A stretch of DNA of 64,000 bases from Bugula neritina (taxonomy: Eukaryota; Animalia; Bryozoa): positions 17,080,633-17,144,632 of the forward strand of contig OZ037769.1 in assembly GCA_964035545.1 (NCBI GenBank), in the 5' to 3' direction. Every line of letters begins with the position of its first letter. Position 1 is the first letter of the stretch. Positions 22,841 to 47,274 of this stretch are shown piece by piece. A program made the position numbers and the translations under genes. A model generated the notes under the pieces. The model saw only the letters and a program-made list of their open reading frames with translations. It had not been told where the DNA came from and ran no database searches.

Positions 22841-24147
22841 TTTGAGTATATTACATCATACAGTTTACCATCAGTACACATTATAACATGAATACGTGAC
22901 ATTTAACTCCAGTTTATCCTTATACTAGAAGGTAAATAACATGGAGTCACATGATCTAAGTAGGCTACAATCAATACTATCAGTATTATATTACAGTAGG
23001 TAATGTATTGTGTTATATTATATTAGGTAGAGTGTTGTAATGTCTCCTAGCAATCATCAAAACAATGAGTTGAATAGCTATTGAGATCTATTGAGCGTTG
23101 TATTGAGGTCTATTGAGCTGTGTATTACACACATTAGCTGATGAAAGGAAAGTAAACACCGCCATTACACAACTACCTGGCTAAGCTGACTGGGGTAAGT
23201 AATGTACATACCAACGTTCTACAAGGTTCTACAAGGAACTGTAAGTTACTTCATGAGAGTCTTATGCTGCCTTTATACCTTATAGTTGTCGGCGCACTAT
23301 TACTAGTTAGTAGTAATTACTTACTAGTTATTGCTAGCCTTAGATAGTTGTAGAATACCTTATTATGCTATTTGTGTGTTTTTGCTTGGAGCACATTCTA
23401 GACTATGGCAAATATTCACGCATATAGTTTATTAGACTCTATAGCTTGTTGGAATTTTGCATTTCTTGGACCACAATGCATTGCAAATTATATTTTCAAT
23501 GCGTTCCGCAAATTGTAAGCAAGCTGCACATTTCAGTTTAACTTTCGACATGCTGTGACAATTGAAGGTGTCACCGAGGCAGCGCCGCACATATCTTTTA
23601 TTATTTCAGAGAGTGAGAGCTCTAAAATCGGCAGCAAGTATTCTAAATAAGTGCTGCCCCAGCATTGGGAATGTTGAAGTAACTAAAATTATTTAACTGT
23701 TGTATTTTTCATATTTTGACACTATTTATATTTTTGTGTTCTCTGTATATTCTCTATAGTACGCTGTATTGTTGATCTAACACGTTCACTATACATTCGG
23801 CCTCTCAAATCTCTCCAGGATACACCAAAATACCAGTTAAATAAAGTTCAGCCCTGAATCATAGTTTAACTTTATTCTTGATAATGAACAATACGCTATG
23901 GAATAGATATAATGATGCATTCAATGAACTATTATATACGCCATCTACAAAATATTATGTGCAACATGCTTGCGGATTGACTGCCATGAGTAGTTAATAG
24001 TACTACTTAGTTGTGAGTAGAGAAAGATGGGTAACTGTGTAAAACATTTCCAAACTTACAGTGAAACATTCTATTGATCTCACTTGTAAGGATAGTACAC
24101 GCGAGACAAGTTAATGTTGGAGTTATCTTTCTTACAGAAACAAGAAA

Positions 24148-27100
24148 ATGCATTCTACCCAGCAAGTACACGTGCAGCAGCATCCCATGCAGCCGGTTAC
24201 TATAGTAACCCAGCCTGCTCCGCAAAATGACCCGGAAGATAAATTTCAGCCTTCTGCCCTTTCGCAGATGAAAGTGTGAGTGAAAGTTTTGATCAGTAAA
24301 TTCAAAATGATCAGATTTCAATTCGATCAGCGAGATTGGCTAGTTGTTACATAAGCATATAGTATTCTAATGTAACTAACCAAGATAACCACTTTCAGGC
24401 TCAGCATAATACAGATAGTTATGGGGGTTCTTTGCATCATATTTGGCATCACTCTGGCAGCATTGGACTATACCTCGTATCTATCCAGCACCAGTGAGAT
24501 TGGAGTTATTGGATATGGTATATGGATTGGATTATACGTAAGCTCTTTGATTTTATACTATACTGCGTATACATGAGTTGGATTTAACTTTTATAAAATA
24601 TACAGATTGTATAAGTGAGCAATTCATTTTGATACTTTTATTTTTAACATTATTATATTTATACATTTTTGTCTCCACTAAAAGCAAAATAATGTTGAAA
24701 AATTGTAAAGTTATGTTATTATTTTATCATAATTGGTAGTACCTTTTACTAGTATTACTTATTTTACTACCTCATCATTTTAGTTCATACTTGTTGGAGG
24801 TATTGGGATGGGAGCTGTTAGCCAAAACTCTAATGGATGGGTTAGTTTAACAACTTTAATTTTTCTTTGTATCAGCCTCTACTATTTATTTGGATATTTT
24901 TTATTGATTACCATTTTTTATACTATATCAGTGATTCCATTTCAAACTATCAAAATAATACTCTGTTTTAGATTATCAAAACGATTATGTTTTAGATTAT
25001 CAGTACGACTCTGTTTTAGATTATCAGTACAATGGTGTTGAACATACTCTGCTCTGCGGTCTGGTGTTGGATGTTGCTCAGCTTCTCCACAGCTGGTCTC
25101 GTCAGCATGCGTGTGAATGAGTGCTATTGGTTCATCTGCTCGTCTAACCATGTACGCTTCAGTTTCTCCACACAATATAAGACTTGCTAATGTTTTGCTA
25201 TAGTTATTCAATGTGCTATTTCAACAGTATCTGGCATTGGTTTTATTTATTTTCTGAATTGAGTATTGAATTTACTTGGAGTTGGTTGCCCCTGTTGATT
25301 TTATCAACCCAGAGTTTATGTTGAACTTGCATTTTATAACTCAGTTATGTAGAGTTGTAATTTTCAAATTTTTTATCCTAAATTGTTTTTGGTTCGAAGC
25401 ACATCAACAATAAGGTCTATTCTGTAATAACACTGAATTCATGCAACTTGGTTTATTAACACCCCTGTGTATTACTTGAGGAGTTGTCTTTCTTATTTGG
25501 GGCCTTTTCTATATAATAGAGTACTTACATGGTTGTCATATTATGAAAAGTTCTAATATATTATAGATTGCTGATGTTTTCTATGCCATGGATGGGATGA
25601 TGTTGATTATGAGTATCATCCAGTTTGTCATAACTATCTGGTGTGCTGCCTTGTGCTGTGGTGCCGTCTGCAGATGCTGTAAACACACGGCTACTTCAAC
25701 ACACATGGTGAGTTCTATGAGCGGCCATCTTGGTTAGTTGATATCCTAACCGTAGCTGATTTTTAGCTAACCTCTGTTAGAGTTACAAAGAAACATTTAG
25801 TATTCTAGCTAAATCCAATTCATTGTCTTACAAGTGAGTAAGTACATACAGGTCAAAGTTCAAACCCCACTCCCTCTTTGCTAATATATTCAGGAGTTGT
25901 TTTCTCTTGTTAGAATATTGTTTATGAAGTGAATATAATTCTGGCAAAAATCCAAAACTCAAAGTCATTCTAGCAATAAATTTCTATTTAGAATAACAGC
26001 TTACAATACAAATTCTGAACAGGTTTTATACTAATGAATTGTTGATAATTTAGCTGAAACTTAACTTTACAAGAGCAATGAGAAATGTTGTAGAAATGTA
26101 TATTTATTAGGAGTTACATATTATATAAGTGAGGGCATTACATTACGTCAAAATGTATATTTATTAAGAATGAAACTTTTCTACTCTGTTGATACATAGT
26201 AATATAGGTATCAAACTAACAGAATAAATTTAAAAATGTAGTATGCTCATTTTCACTAATGGAAATTTGAACATAGACTCTCTTACGTCACGTTACATGG
26301 CGTTACATTACTTTATATGACATTACGCCACTTTACATGACGTTACACTACTATGTATATAATATATGCTGTAATACTAGGGCATTGCTTTATTTCTCTT
26401 ACTGAATTTATGGGTCTTGATGTAAAATATTATGAAATATGAGTTGGTTTTGAAGGCCATGTAACTAAGTGGTCATTACTGAATGACCAAATCTCCACAT
26501 GCCAATTCATTTAGGAGCAGTGGTGAAGAAATTGAGACAGCCTAAGTGTTTTTAAATTTCTTTATAAATTTTAGAAATAGATTTTCACGAGAATATAACT
26601 TCCTTTGCTACATTTCTAATCTAGAACACAGGCTTTTCTCAATTTCTCCATTACCTTTGCCAATATCTGTTCTGTGTGCCAGTTTCAGAAGTTTAAAGCA
26701 AGACTTCATGTAAAGTAAACATAAGATGTAGGTGGTGTGATAGTGTGGGTGATTTCTGCTGTAGATACATTACAACAATGGAATGAACACCCAAGTGATG
26801 TACCCCAGTGTGCCCATGTACTCCACAGGATACCACACAGGGATGAACCAGGCTTGTGAGTGTTGAATATTCTAGCTACTAGTTGTGTTTATGTCTAACA
26901 TGCAGGGTAGTACTCTGTAACTCTGATAGATAGCTGAGATGTTACTACTCCTAGACTAGTGTAGGGAAAGTTGGCTTAGAAGTTGATATTTGCTTCGGTT
27001 CAGCTGACTAACTCATGGACTATTTTATTCAAAATCTTTTGCCGATAACCAAATGCAAAATTCAATATGGTCATGGAAGTTTGAAGGTTTAAAAAGATAA

Positions 27101-27836
27101 AAAAGGGTTATAAAACTAGGGTTATAAAACTGTGTTGATCTTTAGAAATTTTGACTGCATCTGTTTCTGATATTGGAATTTCAGTCTATTATTTTAGGAT
27201 GCAACTTCATCAAGCTGATTTCAAAAACTGCAAATAATGTTTTTGCAAGGCACTTTCAATATTTACAAAACTGCGTTTAATTTAAAATATTACAACTATT
27301 CAATGATTTCTACATGAGTTTGACATGTTCAGTCTTTGACTGTGCCAGCTACAGGTACTCTAACGGAGTAGACAGAACCCGCTGGGGTTGGCTGAACTGT
27401 TTAAACAATAATCTGCTCAGTCAAGGGCATATTGTTCTCTGGTATATTCAGAATCTCTTTCTTGGTGTTATTCTATAAACAGACGTTACTAGGTAACTGA
27501 TTGAAGACATTCATTTCTGTTGGTCAGCATTTCACTTTGATGAATCAAAAACTTGTTGGGAATTTTTCACTCTGAGATATTTTACGTTGCTACTTCATGG
27601 GATTAACTGAATGTACAGAGTATCACCAATAACTGTCCACTGATCATTTCTCTCTTTAACTTACAGTCAGTGTCACTGTGCAGCAACCTCAGCCAATGGG
27701 AGTCAACTATGGCATGCAGCCGCAGCCAATGGGAGGCTACGCTATTCAGCAGCAAGCTTCGCCCAGCTACGTGACTCAGTCTCAAGGCCCGCCCTCCTAC
27801 GCCTCGCAAAGCATCACCCCTACTGATAAGTTCTAG
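24148..27836 (+). CDS. CD20/MS4A-like four-TM protein, gene B (PPxY tail)
   Basis: Exons 24148-24275, 24399-24537, 24784-24840 (57 nt), 25020-25151, 25567-25707, 26765-26855, 27667-27836; LSIIQIVMGVLCIIFG...GYGIWIGLY|FILVGGIGMGA|IISTMVLNI...|YAMDGMMLI...CCGAVCRCCK; Q/P-rich tail with GPPSY. Confidence 0.88.
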
Positions 27837-28564
27837 AAGTACGAGAGAGAAAAATGGAACTGCTTTATCAAGAGTGTTCTAGATCTTCTAAACAGTAACA
27901 TTTATTTCGTTTGTGTTGCTTTTGACTTGATGAAAAAGTTTATCTTACTCTACTTATAATATTTTGTTTTCTATGAAGATATTTTATTTTTATATCAATA
28001 TTTGTATGATTTTGCATTATTATACACACATAAATATAATATTCGAATATAATTTCCTTTTGCTAATTGGCTACATTATATTATAATTCAGTATTTATAT
28101 GTCAGCATTGCCATAGAAGTCTAACAATTACAGCGTGTATATAAGTAAGAGGAGGGGTGATAGACAGAGCTGTAGCCCCTAACGGGTTTGAGTTTTCATA
28201 GTATGTACTCGAGTTATTGCTCGAGCTGTACAATCTGGAAGTCATGGACTACTCCACTGGAAATTTTCTATTCCCAACATGGGCCACTTACCTGTGCTGT
28301 AACTCATTTCTAACAGAAAATCAACTTATGTTTTTAAGGTACGCAATAGCTGCTAAAATTACAGGTTTTTCCCTTCTGATCTATGGTCTATTCATCACCT
28401 TATGAATAAACAAAAGCAATATACTGTTATTTACAAGTTGAATTAGTTATAACACATTTTCTAAAGTTCACATAACACATGAAACAAGCTTCCAGTTACA
28501 CATATAAGTGAGTGCATTGCAGAACATACAGTACTTTGCTGAGATTCAACTCCAAGAAAGCACC

Positions 28565-34041
<5,477 letters not shown>

Positions 34042-34352
34042 ACTCTCATTGGCTGCAGAAGATGGCAGCTGAACCGTCTGCACTCAATGAGAATGAAACT
34101 GATATTCAGCTACCAATCAACAAACTATTCAACCAAATCCATCCATTCAGAACTTACGAGTAATTCAAACCTAATCTGGTTCTTAAATTGGTGTTAGAAC
34201 ATTTCATCAACTTGCCATAATATTATGTGTCTAGAACCTTCCTTTAATTACAATAGCTTGATTCGCTTACATTGAAGTTTTCTCCTACCTAATATAGCTG
34301 TCTTTGTGTCTGATTTTGTTGTCCTATGCTGTCTTTTATTATTGATGTGAAA

Positions 34353-34586
34353 ACAGATTTTAGGTAAAAAGGACACAAATGGAAAAGTAAGAAAAAATGG
34401 TTTAATTTCTCCAAACTCAAACCCTCAACTCTTAAACCCCAACCCCAAACCTAAACCCCCATTCCAAACACTCAATATCCTGTTCTAAACGCTGTAATAT
34501 TGAAACCGTTCCATTTTTACCTACTTTACCATTTGTGTCGTTATTACCTGCGTGCCGTTATTACTTGTGCCATTTTTTACCGGATC
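34353..34586. mobile_element. Small non-autonomous element with subterminal inverted repeats and AACCC-rich core (Helentron/HINE- or MITE-like); second copy ~43491-43747
   Basis: GGTAAAAAGGACACAAATGGAAAAGTAAGAAAAAATGG pairs with CCATTTTTACCTACTTTACCATTTGTGTCGTTATTACC; degenerate (AAACCCC)n core; short tandem repeats at the 3' end. Confidence 0.5.
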
Positions 34587-35937
34587 AACACCGTGAAAAC
34601 ATCCTTGGCTGTTTTCTGGAAAGTTCCTTGCATGCAAAGGGTGTAATTCATTATTTATGTTTATGAGTGGTTTAGAGTGATTTATAGTAGTTTAGAGTAG
34701 TTTAGAGTAGTTTGGAGTAGTTTAGAGTGTTATCTATTAAGTGATTGACTCATCTTGAAATAAAAAGTTCACGAGAACACAATCCTTGGAATGTGAGCCT
34801 TAATTATTGAGAAGCTGTGTACTTTCTATATTGGTAAGACAAATGCAAAGACAACTATATATTTGGTTTCAAACAGGCCCAAATTCTGCACATGCACATG
34901 TTAAAAATTACAAATGAAAGACTTGGAAAAGCTGTTGATGGTTTGCTTCTAATAAATTAATGTTTTCAGAGCACGTGAATAAATCACTCAAAGTAACTAA
35001 CAAAGACTATGTCGGTAGCAGCTGTATATATAATACATTATTTGACGTGAGATACAACAAACTCGGCCTCAATAATATATAATTAATGTTAGATCATAAA
35101 GCACTAAAATCTTTCTACCCTAGTGAGAGGGGGAGAGCTTTTGAGCACACTGCTTGTATCAGAGAAGTATAAGTATGACGTCCTTTCTGACATCACTGGT
35201 TTTATCGGAATTTGAATTTGAACCACTATAAAATACTAATCCTGCTCCCGATTATTATTAGATTATATTGCATGTGCTTTAATATTTCATGTATATTTTA
35301 TTATTATAAGTTTAGGTCTCAATAACATTGCAGCTTTAAGACAACTTTATATATAGTGCAATTGTTGTATTATATTATAATATTACAATAAGCACAATAC
35401 AATATATTATGAAGATTATATTTAAAGTACCAATATAAATCTTCACAAAATATCATAATAATTATGCTGCATTACATTTTTCTACAATATGAGAAAATGT
35501 ACAAAACATGAATTCGCTTAGATATGTGTTTATGACCGGTTATGCAAACTTGTTCTGTAGGTGTAGACAGTGTGGCCAACTCCTGTTTATAATCAGTTTG
35601 TCTTCCTTTCTTTGAGAAATAAACGGAAGTTTGAAAGTTGAACACCATGTTATTCCATTACTCATTAGTATCTTCCCGCTATTGAGCCGTACTTTCCCAG
35701 TGAGTATGCAATCACCATTACGTCTACAGCTTATCTGCATTGGCCATTATGCAGATAAGCCCAACAGAGATTGTGCAAGATACCCAACGCAGTTTCTAAA
35801 CTTCCCAATAGCTCATCCTTCAACAGTTTCCATATAAATATACATGTACATTTAAAGCCTAGCATATCTCATTTGTGATTTGAAAGCTGTATAGTAACAC
35901 ATAGGTACTAACTGTCTATTGTCTATTGCTAATATTC

Positions 35938-38824
<2,887 letters not shown>

Positions 38825-41153
38825 CATCTCATTGGCTGCTGAAGATGACAACTGAAACATCTTCATTTTAAGAACAAGGCTTATTATCTCTTATAATATC
38901 AATTAATCACTAAACCATTGAATCAAATTTGTCCAATAAAACTCGAACCCCAAAAAAGTTCTATAATATATTTATATAAACTTGGTGTTTGCTATAACAT
39001 TTTTCATTTATTATTGAGTGTTGTTTCACCCATTAAACTTTATTATATTATATATTTGTAAAAAATTAATAAAAATAGCACATTTTAGTAAAAAAAATTA
39101 TTATTACAATTATAATGAGCTGTTTATGGCATTTATATATTTTTATGAATTTACACCAAAAATTCTATTTGCCAATCATATAATAAGTTTTCACGTTTGA
39201 GATATGTAATAAATCAATCAATCAAGTACATGAGTATATTATATAACTGAAATTAACTATACAACATAACTACATTAGTTTATAATATCACTTTAATAAA
39301 CTATTACACAACTATGGGAGTATATTACATGCAGTACACAAGCAAGTGTTATAGTGTTCTTTAAAAAATGTATGTGCAAGAGTAATGATTTTCTACAATT
39401 GTCAGAAATCAAATCAACAATAAGGAATGGGTTTCATATTTCCAGATAAAATTGATTCCAATATTACATAAGCTTGGTTTCAGATTCGTTGCATTAATAA
39501 CATAAGATTTAGTTTTGAGATAAATTTCGTTAGATATAGATTTAGCCCATCACCAAACTAAAGTGAGAAAATATTTGATCAAGTACATCTTGGTTTCTTG
39601 GTAATAGAACATTGCATAAACTTGCTATAATGTTGTATAAAAACTTTATTTTCCTTACAGTAGTGTGCTATTCTCTACATTGCATCTGGAGTTTTCTCCT
39701 CTTGTGCATCTGATGCATTTTTCCTTATAGCTATGGTTTATTTTTGATGTGATTTGAATCTAATCACTATATATAACTAGTCTTGCCCCCACTTAGTATT
39801 ATATAACATATTATCTATTTATATATTTCAATATACCATGTATATTTTATATTTATTATAAGTTTAAGCCTTAATAATCTTGAAGATATAAAACAACATT
39901 GTATAGCGCAAGTTGTTTTATGTAATAATACAATAAAGACAATATATGCAGTATATTATTATTTCATATTTGAAAAACTAATATATATCATTGAAACATA
40001 TCATACTTAGGCTAACACTTATATGATATGGAATTTATATTTCAACAATAAATCATTATTTCCACCTTATATTTTATATGCGTGTGCGTGAGTGCTATGG
40101 TGTATTATATAGTATATTATGTTTTATATTATGCTTGTTAGATTATATTTTTTAGTTGCATTCTTATATTGTATTATATTATGTTATATTACATCATAAG
40201 ATAATATAATGTGTAAATGTACTATATTTTATAACAATCTAGTAGAATGTAGATAGTAATCTCCGACGAGCAGCTGGAAGTAAAAATTGTCTCCTCTACT
40301 TCACCTTGAACTTTGGCACAATAATACCTGCTTAACAACATCGGTATGAAGTATATTATATTTCTATATGTACTATAAAACTTATACTAGCTTGTGTAAA
40401 GTGTGAGCCAAATAAAATTAATTGCCTAGGCATAATTATAAGGCTTTAGCTGGCAAAGAGCCAAGCAAACTGTTTCTAATACACATGCATGCGCAGCTTG
40501 GTAATATTAACACCTAGTTTAGGTCTTGGGTCCTAGGGCCCTAGGGGGTACTCACTTACGCCACTGTAAACTAATTTATAGACTATAGTAAGTGGTAGCA
40601 TAAATTTAATCTTAAATACTAACAAATTTTTATATAAAATAAAAGAATTATATTTTTATGCATTTAACAGCTGACACCATAATCAATATCATTTTCACTG
40701 ATGGAAATTTGAACATAGCTTCTTTTATGTCACTTTACATTACTATGTATAAAATATATGTTGTTATACTAGGGCATTGCTTTATTTCTCTTACTGAATT
40801 TATGGGTCTTGATGTAAAATATTATGGAATATGAGTTGGTTTTGAAGGCCACGTAACTAAGTAGTCATTACTGAATGACCAAATCTCCACATGCCAATTC
40901 ATTTAGGAGCAGTGGTGAAGAAATTGAGACAGCCTAAGTGTTTTTAAATTTCTTTATAAATTTTAGAAATAGATTTTCACGAGAACATAACTTCCTTTGC
41001 TACATTTCTAATCTAGAACACAGGCTTTTCTCAATTTCTCCATTACTGCACCTACCAGATCTGTGTGCCAGTTTCAGAAGTTTACAGCAAGACTTCATGT
41101 GAAGTAAAAAAACTCCTTAGGTGGTGTGATAGTGCGAGTGATTTCTGCTGTAG

Positions 41154-41244
41154 ATACATTACAACAATGGAATGAACACCCAAGTGATGTACCCCAGTGT
41201 GCCCATGTACTCCACAGGATACCACACAGGGATGAACCAGGCTT
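41154..41244 (+). pseudogene. Orphan duplicate of gene B exon 6
   Basis: ATACATTACAACAATGGAATG...CAGGCTT|GTGAGT matches 26765-26855; no other B exons in this copy. Confidence 0.8.
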
Positions 41245-41477
41245 GTGAGTGTTGAATATTCTAGCTACTAGTTGTGTTTATGTCTAACATGCAGGGTAGT
41301 ACTCTGTAACTCTGATAAATAACTGAGATGTTACTACTCCTAGACTAGTGTAGGGAAATTTGGCTTAGAAGTTGGAGTATATATATATTACAACAGAGAT
41401 ACATATTCTCTCATCACAATATATATGATCCTATAGAATGCAAGTTTTGCTATATAAATGATGTAATATGTTTTCAG

Positions 41478-43117
41478 GAACTTATACGCACATTATGGAT
41501 ACATGTGTGCTGGCCTTCTTATCTATCTAGACTCTGTTCTTCATGGATATAACTTTCACAGAATGGGACCTATATTTACGCCTTACATTGCAATATGCCA
41601 CCTGAGTATACAGAACTATATAAAAGTGCTAAAGCTTCATATGACAAACACCTAAGAATTTCAACATTTATAGGGTAGCCAGCTAACTTCATTAGAAACG
41701 TATATAGGTTAAAATATGGTGTTATAATCATATTGTATTATAACTTGCTAGGTGTAGCCTGTTGATCTGCATGTTCTATAAGCCATATTCTACATTTACA
41801 TACTCTTTCAGAAAAATGTTAATAATATATTATGAAATTCTATCAACAAATTTTTATTTGTCTCTTTTAGCAACTGCTTCTTGGAATCCTGGTACTTCAG
41901 ATTTCTAAAGTTCCATACATGCTCCTGGTAAAACTTTTTATTTGTTTCAAGTATAGAGTTACAGCAATTACAAGATATGCTTTGCAACTTCATTCTGTGT
42001 AAATGCAAATGTATGTCATTCAAAATTGCATTAATTTTGCATTTTTTTGTGATTGTTGCAGAAATATCTCTTTTTTGGGGTTTACATCTTAGCAGCTTTT
42101 GCCGGGACAACTATTGCGTATTATACCAATGAACCGTCACAATGGTAAGTTTTCTATTTTTAAACTTAACTGCTTTACTTTTCTAGCAGATGAATTTTTC
42201 ATTGGAATTATTATTTACGGGAGCATTCAATTGTGTAGGATAAAAATGCATTTGTGTAAATTGAGATTCAACTGAAGAACTTCAACACAGCTTTCAGTTC
42301 AGCACAAGGATGAATGTAACTCACAGCCTTTCAATTTTAGAGTATGATAGAGAAAATATTCAACACTGATTGGCTGATTCTACAAATCGCTGGAACCTCC
42401 TTCCTGTTGACTACAATTCTTGTTGTAAAAAGATTTGCTAAAGCTGTATGGAGAATCCGAGGAGAGTCTCGCCATCCCGAGGTAATTTTATGCAATTATA
42501 CAAGACCAAAATGTTATAAGTATTTTCTTACTGAATGAGTTTTCTACTAGACTATCACCTATGTATTTTATCATCTTGTCAAATGCAATAAGTAATAATT
42601 TCAATGTACCAGTATTTTTTTTATAGTTTGCAAAAAAAGAATTTGGTACCCAGCAAGGCATAAATGATACTAGTCATTAGTTATTAACCTTTTTGTCCAA
42701 GTGAAGCAACCTTAAGTTAAAATGGAAAACCTGAACTACTTTCAGACTATAGCAGTATTATTGAAGTAGTTTTCACTAACTTAACTGACCAGGTTACACC
42801 ATAGAGTGTATAGACTCTATTGAATTCTATTACAGCCAGTGAGTGTATACAATCCATTAGTTAGAGAGAAAGTAATTTATCTATTATTATTTCCATTAAG
42901 TCTATTGACAATGGAAACTTCCACCAGGAAAATAATAGAGGTGAGTTTTCAAGAGAACTTTGTGATGAGAGCTTCCACAAGCTGTTGATTTACAGACAAA
43001 GAGTTCATCATACTTGGAAAACTAGCTAGCTTCTTTTTTTATAGTCTTTGTGTATAGTAATGTATCTTGTAGGAAGCCGTGCATAACATCTCATTGGCTG
43101 CAAAACATGACAGCTAA
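41478..43117 (+). pseudogene. C', pseudogenised duplicate of gene C
   Basis: Homologous exons 3-7 present, but first two coding exons deleted, exon-3 donor GT mutated to CT (CAC|CTGAGT, ~41602), and exon 5 ends in phase 2 rather than 0. Confidence 0.75.
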
Positions 43118-44225
43118 ACTCTCATTGGCTGCAAAACATGACAACTGAACTCTCATTGGCCGCAAAACATGACAGCTAAACTCTCATTGGCTGCAGAAGA
43201 TGGCAGCTGAACCGTCTGCACTCAATGAGAATGAAACTGATATTCAGCTACCAATCAACAAACTATTCAACCAAATCCATCCAATCAGAACTTACGAGTA
43301 ATTCAAACCTAATCTGGTTCTTAAATTGGTGTTAGAACATTTCATCAACTTGCCATAATATTATGTGCCTAGAACCTTCCTTTAGTTGCAATAGCTTGAT
43401 TTGCTTACATTGAAGTTTTCTCCTACCTAATATAGCTGTCTTTGTGTCTGATTTTGTTGTCCTATGCTGTCTTTTATTATTGATGTGAAAACAGATTTTA
43501 GGTAATAAGGACACAAATGGAAAAGTAAGAAAAAATGGTACACTGATGTTAAATTTCTCCAAACTCAAACCCTCAACTCTTAAACCCCAACCCCAAACCT
43601 AATCCCCATTCCAAACACTCAATATCTCATTCTAAACGCTGTAATATTGAAACCGTTCCATTTTTACCTACTTTACCATTTGTGTCGTTATTACCTGCGT
43701 GCCGTTATTACCTGTGCCATTATTACCTGTGCCATTTTTTACCGGACGCTGTGAAAACATCCTTGGCTGTTTTCTGGAAAGTTCCTTGCATGCAAAGGGT
43801 GTAATTCATTATTTATGTTTATGGGTGGTTTAGAGTAGTTTAGAGTAGTTTAGAGTAGTTTAGAGTGGTTTAGAGTAGTTTATAGTAGTTTCGAGTAGTT
43901 TAGAGTAGTTTAGAGTAGTTTAGAGTAGTTTAGAGTGTTACCTAATAATCATTAGTATCTTCCCCACTGTTGAGCCGTATTTTCCCAGTGAGTATGCAAT
44001 CACCATTACGTCTACAGCTTATCTGCATTGGCCATTATGCAGATAAGCCCAACAGAGATCGTGCAAGATACCCAACGCAGTTTCTAAACTTCCCAATAGC
44101 TCATCCTTCAACAGTTTCCATATACATATACATGTACATTCAAAGCCTAGTATATCTCATTTGTGATTTGAAAGCTGTATAGTAACACATAGGTACTAAC
44201 TGTCTATTGTCTATTGCTAATATTC

Positions 44226-47274
<3,049 letters not shown>

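Noticed and set aside
35729-35760. 12-bp stem hairpin upstream of gene D (copy near 44017-44048)
   Set aside because: Could be a repeat remnant; identity between copies is explained by the recent duplication and no function is supportable.
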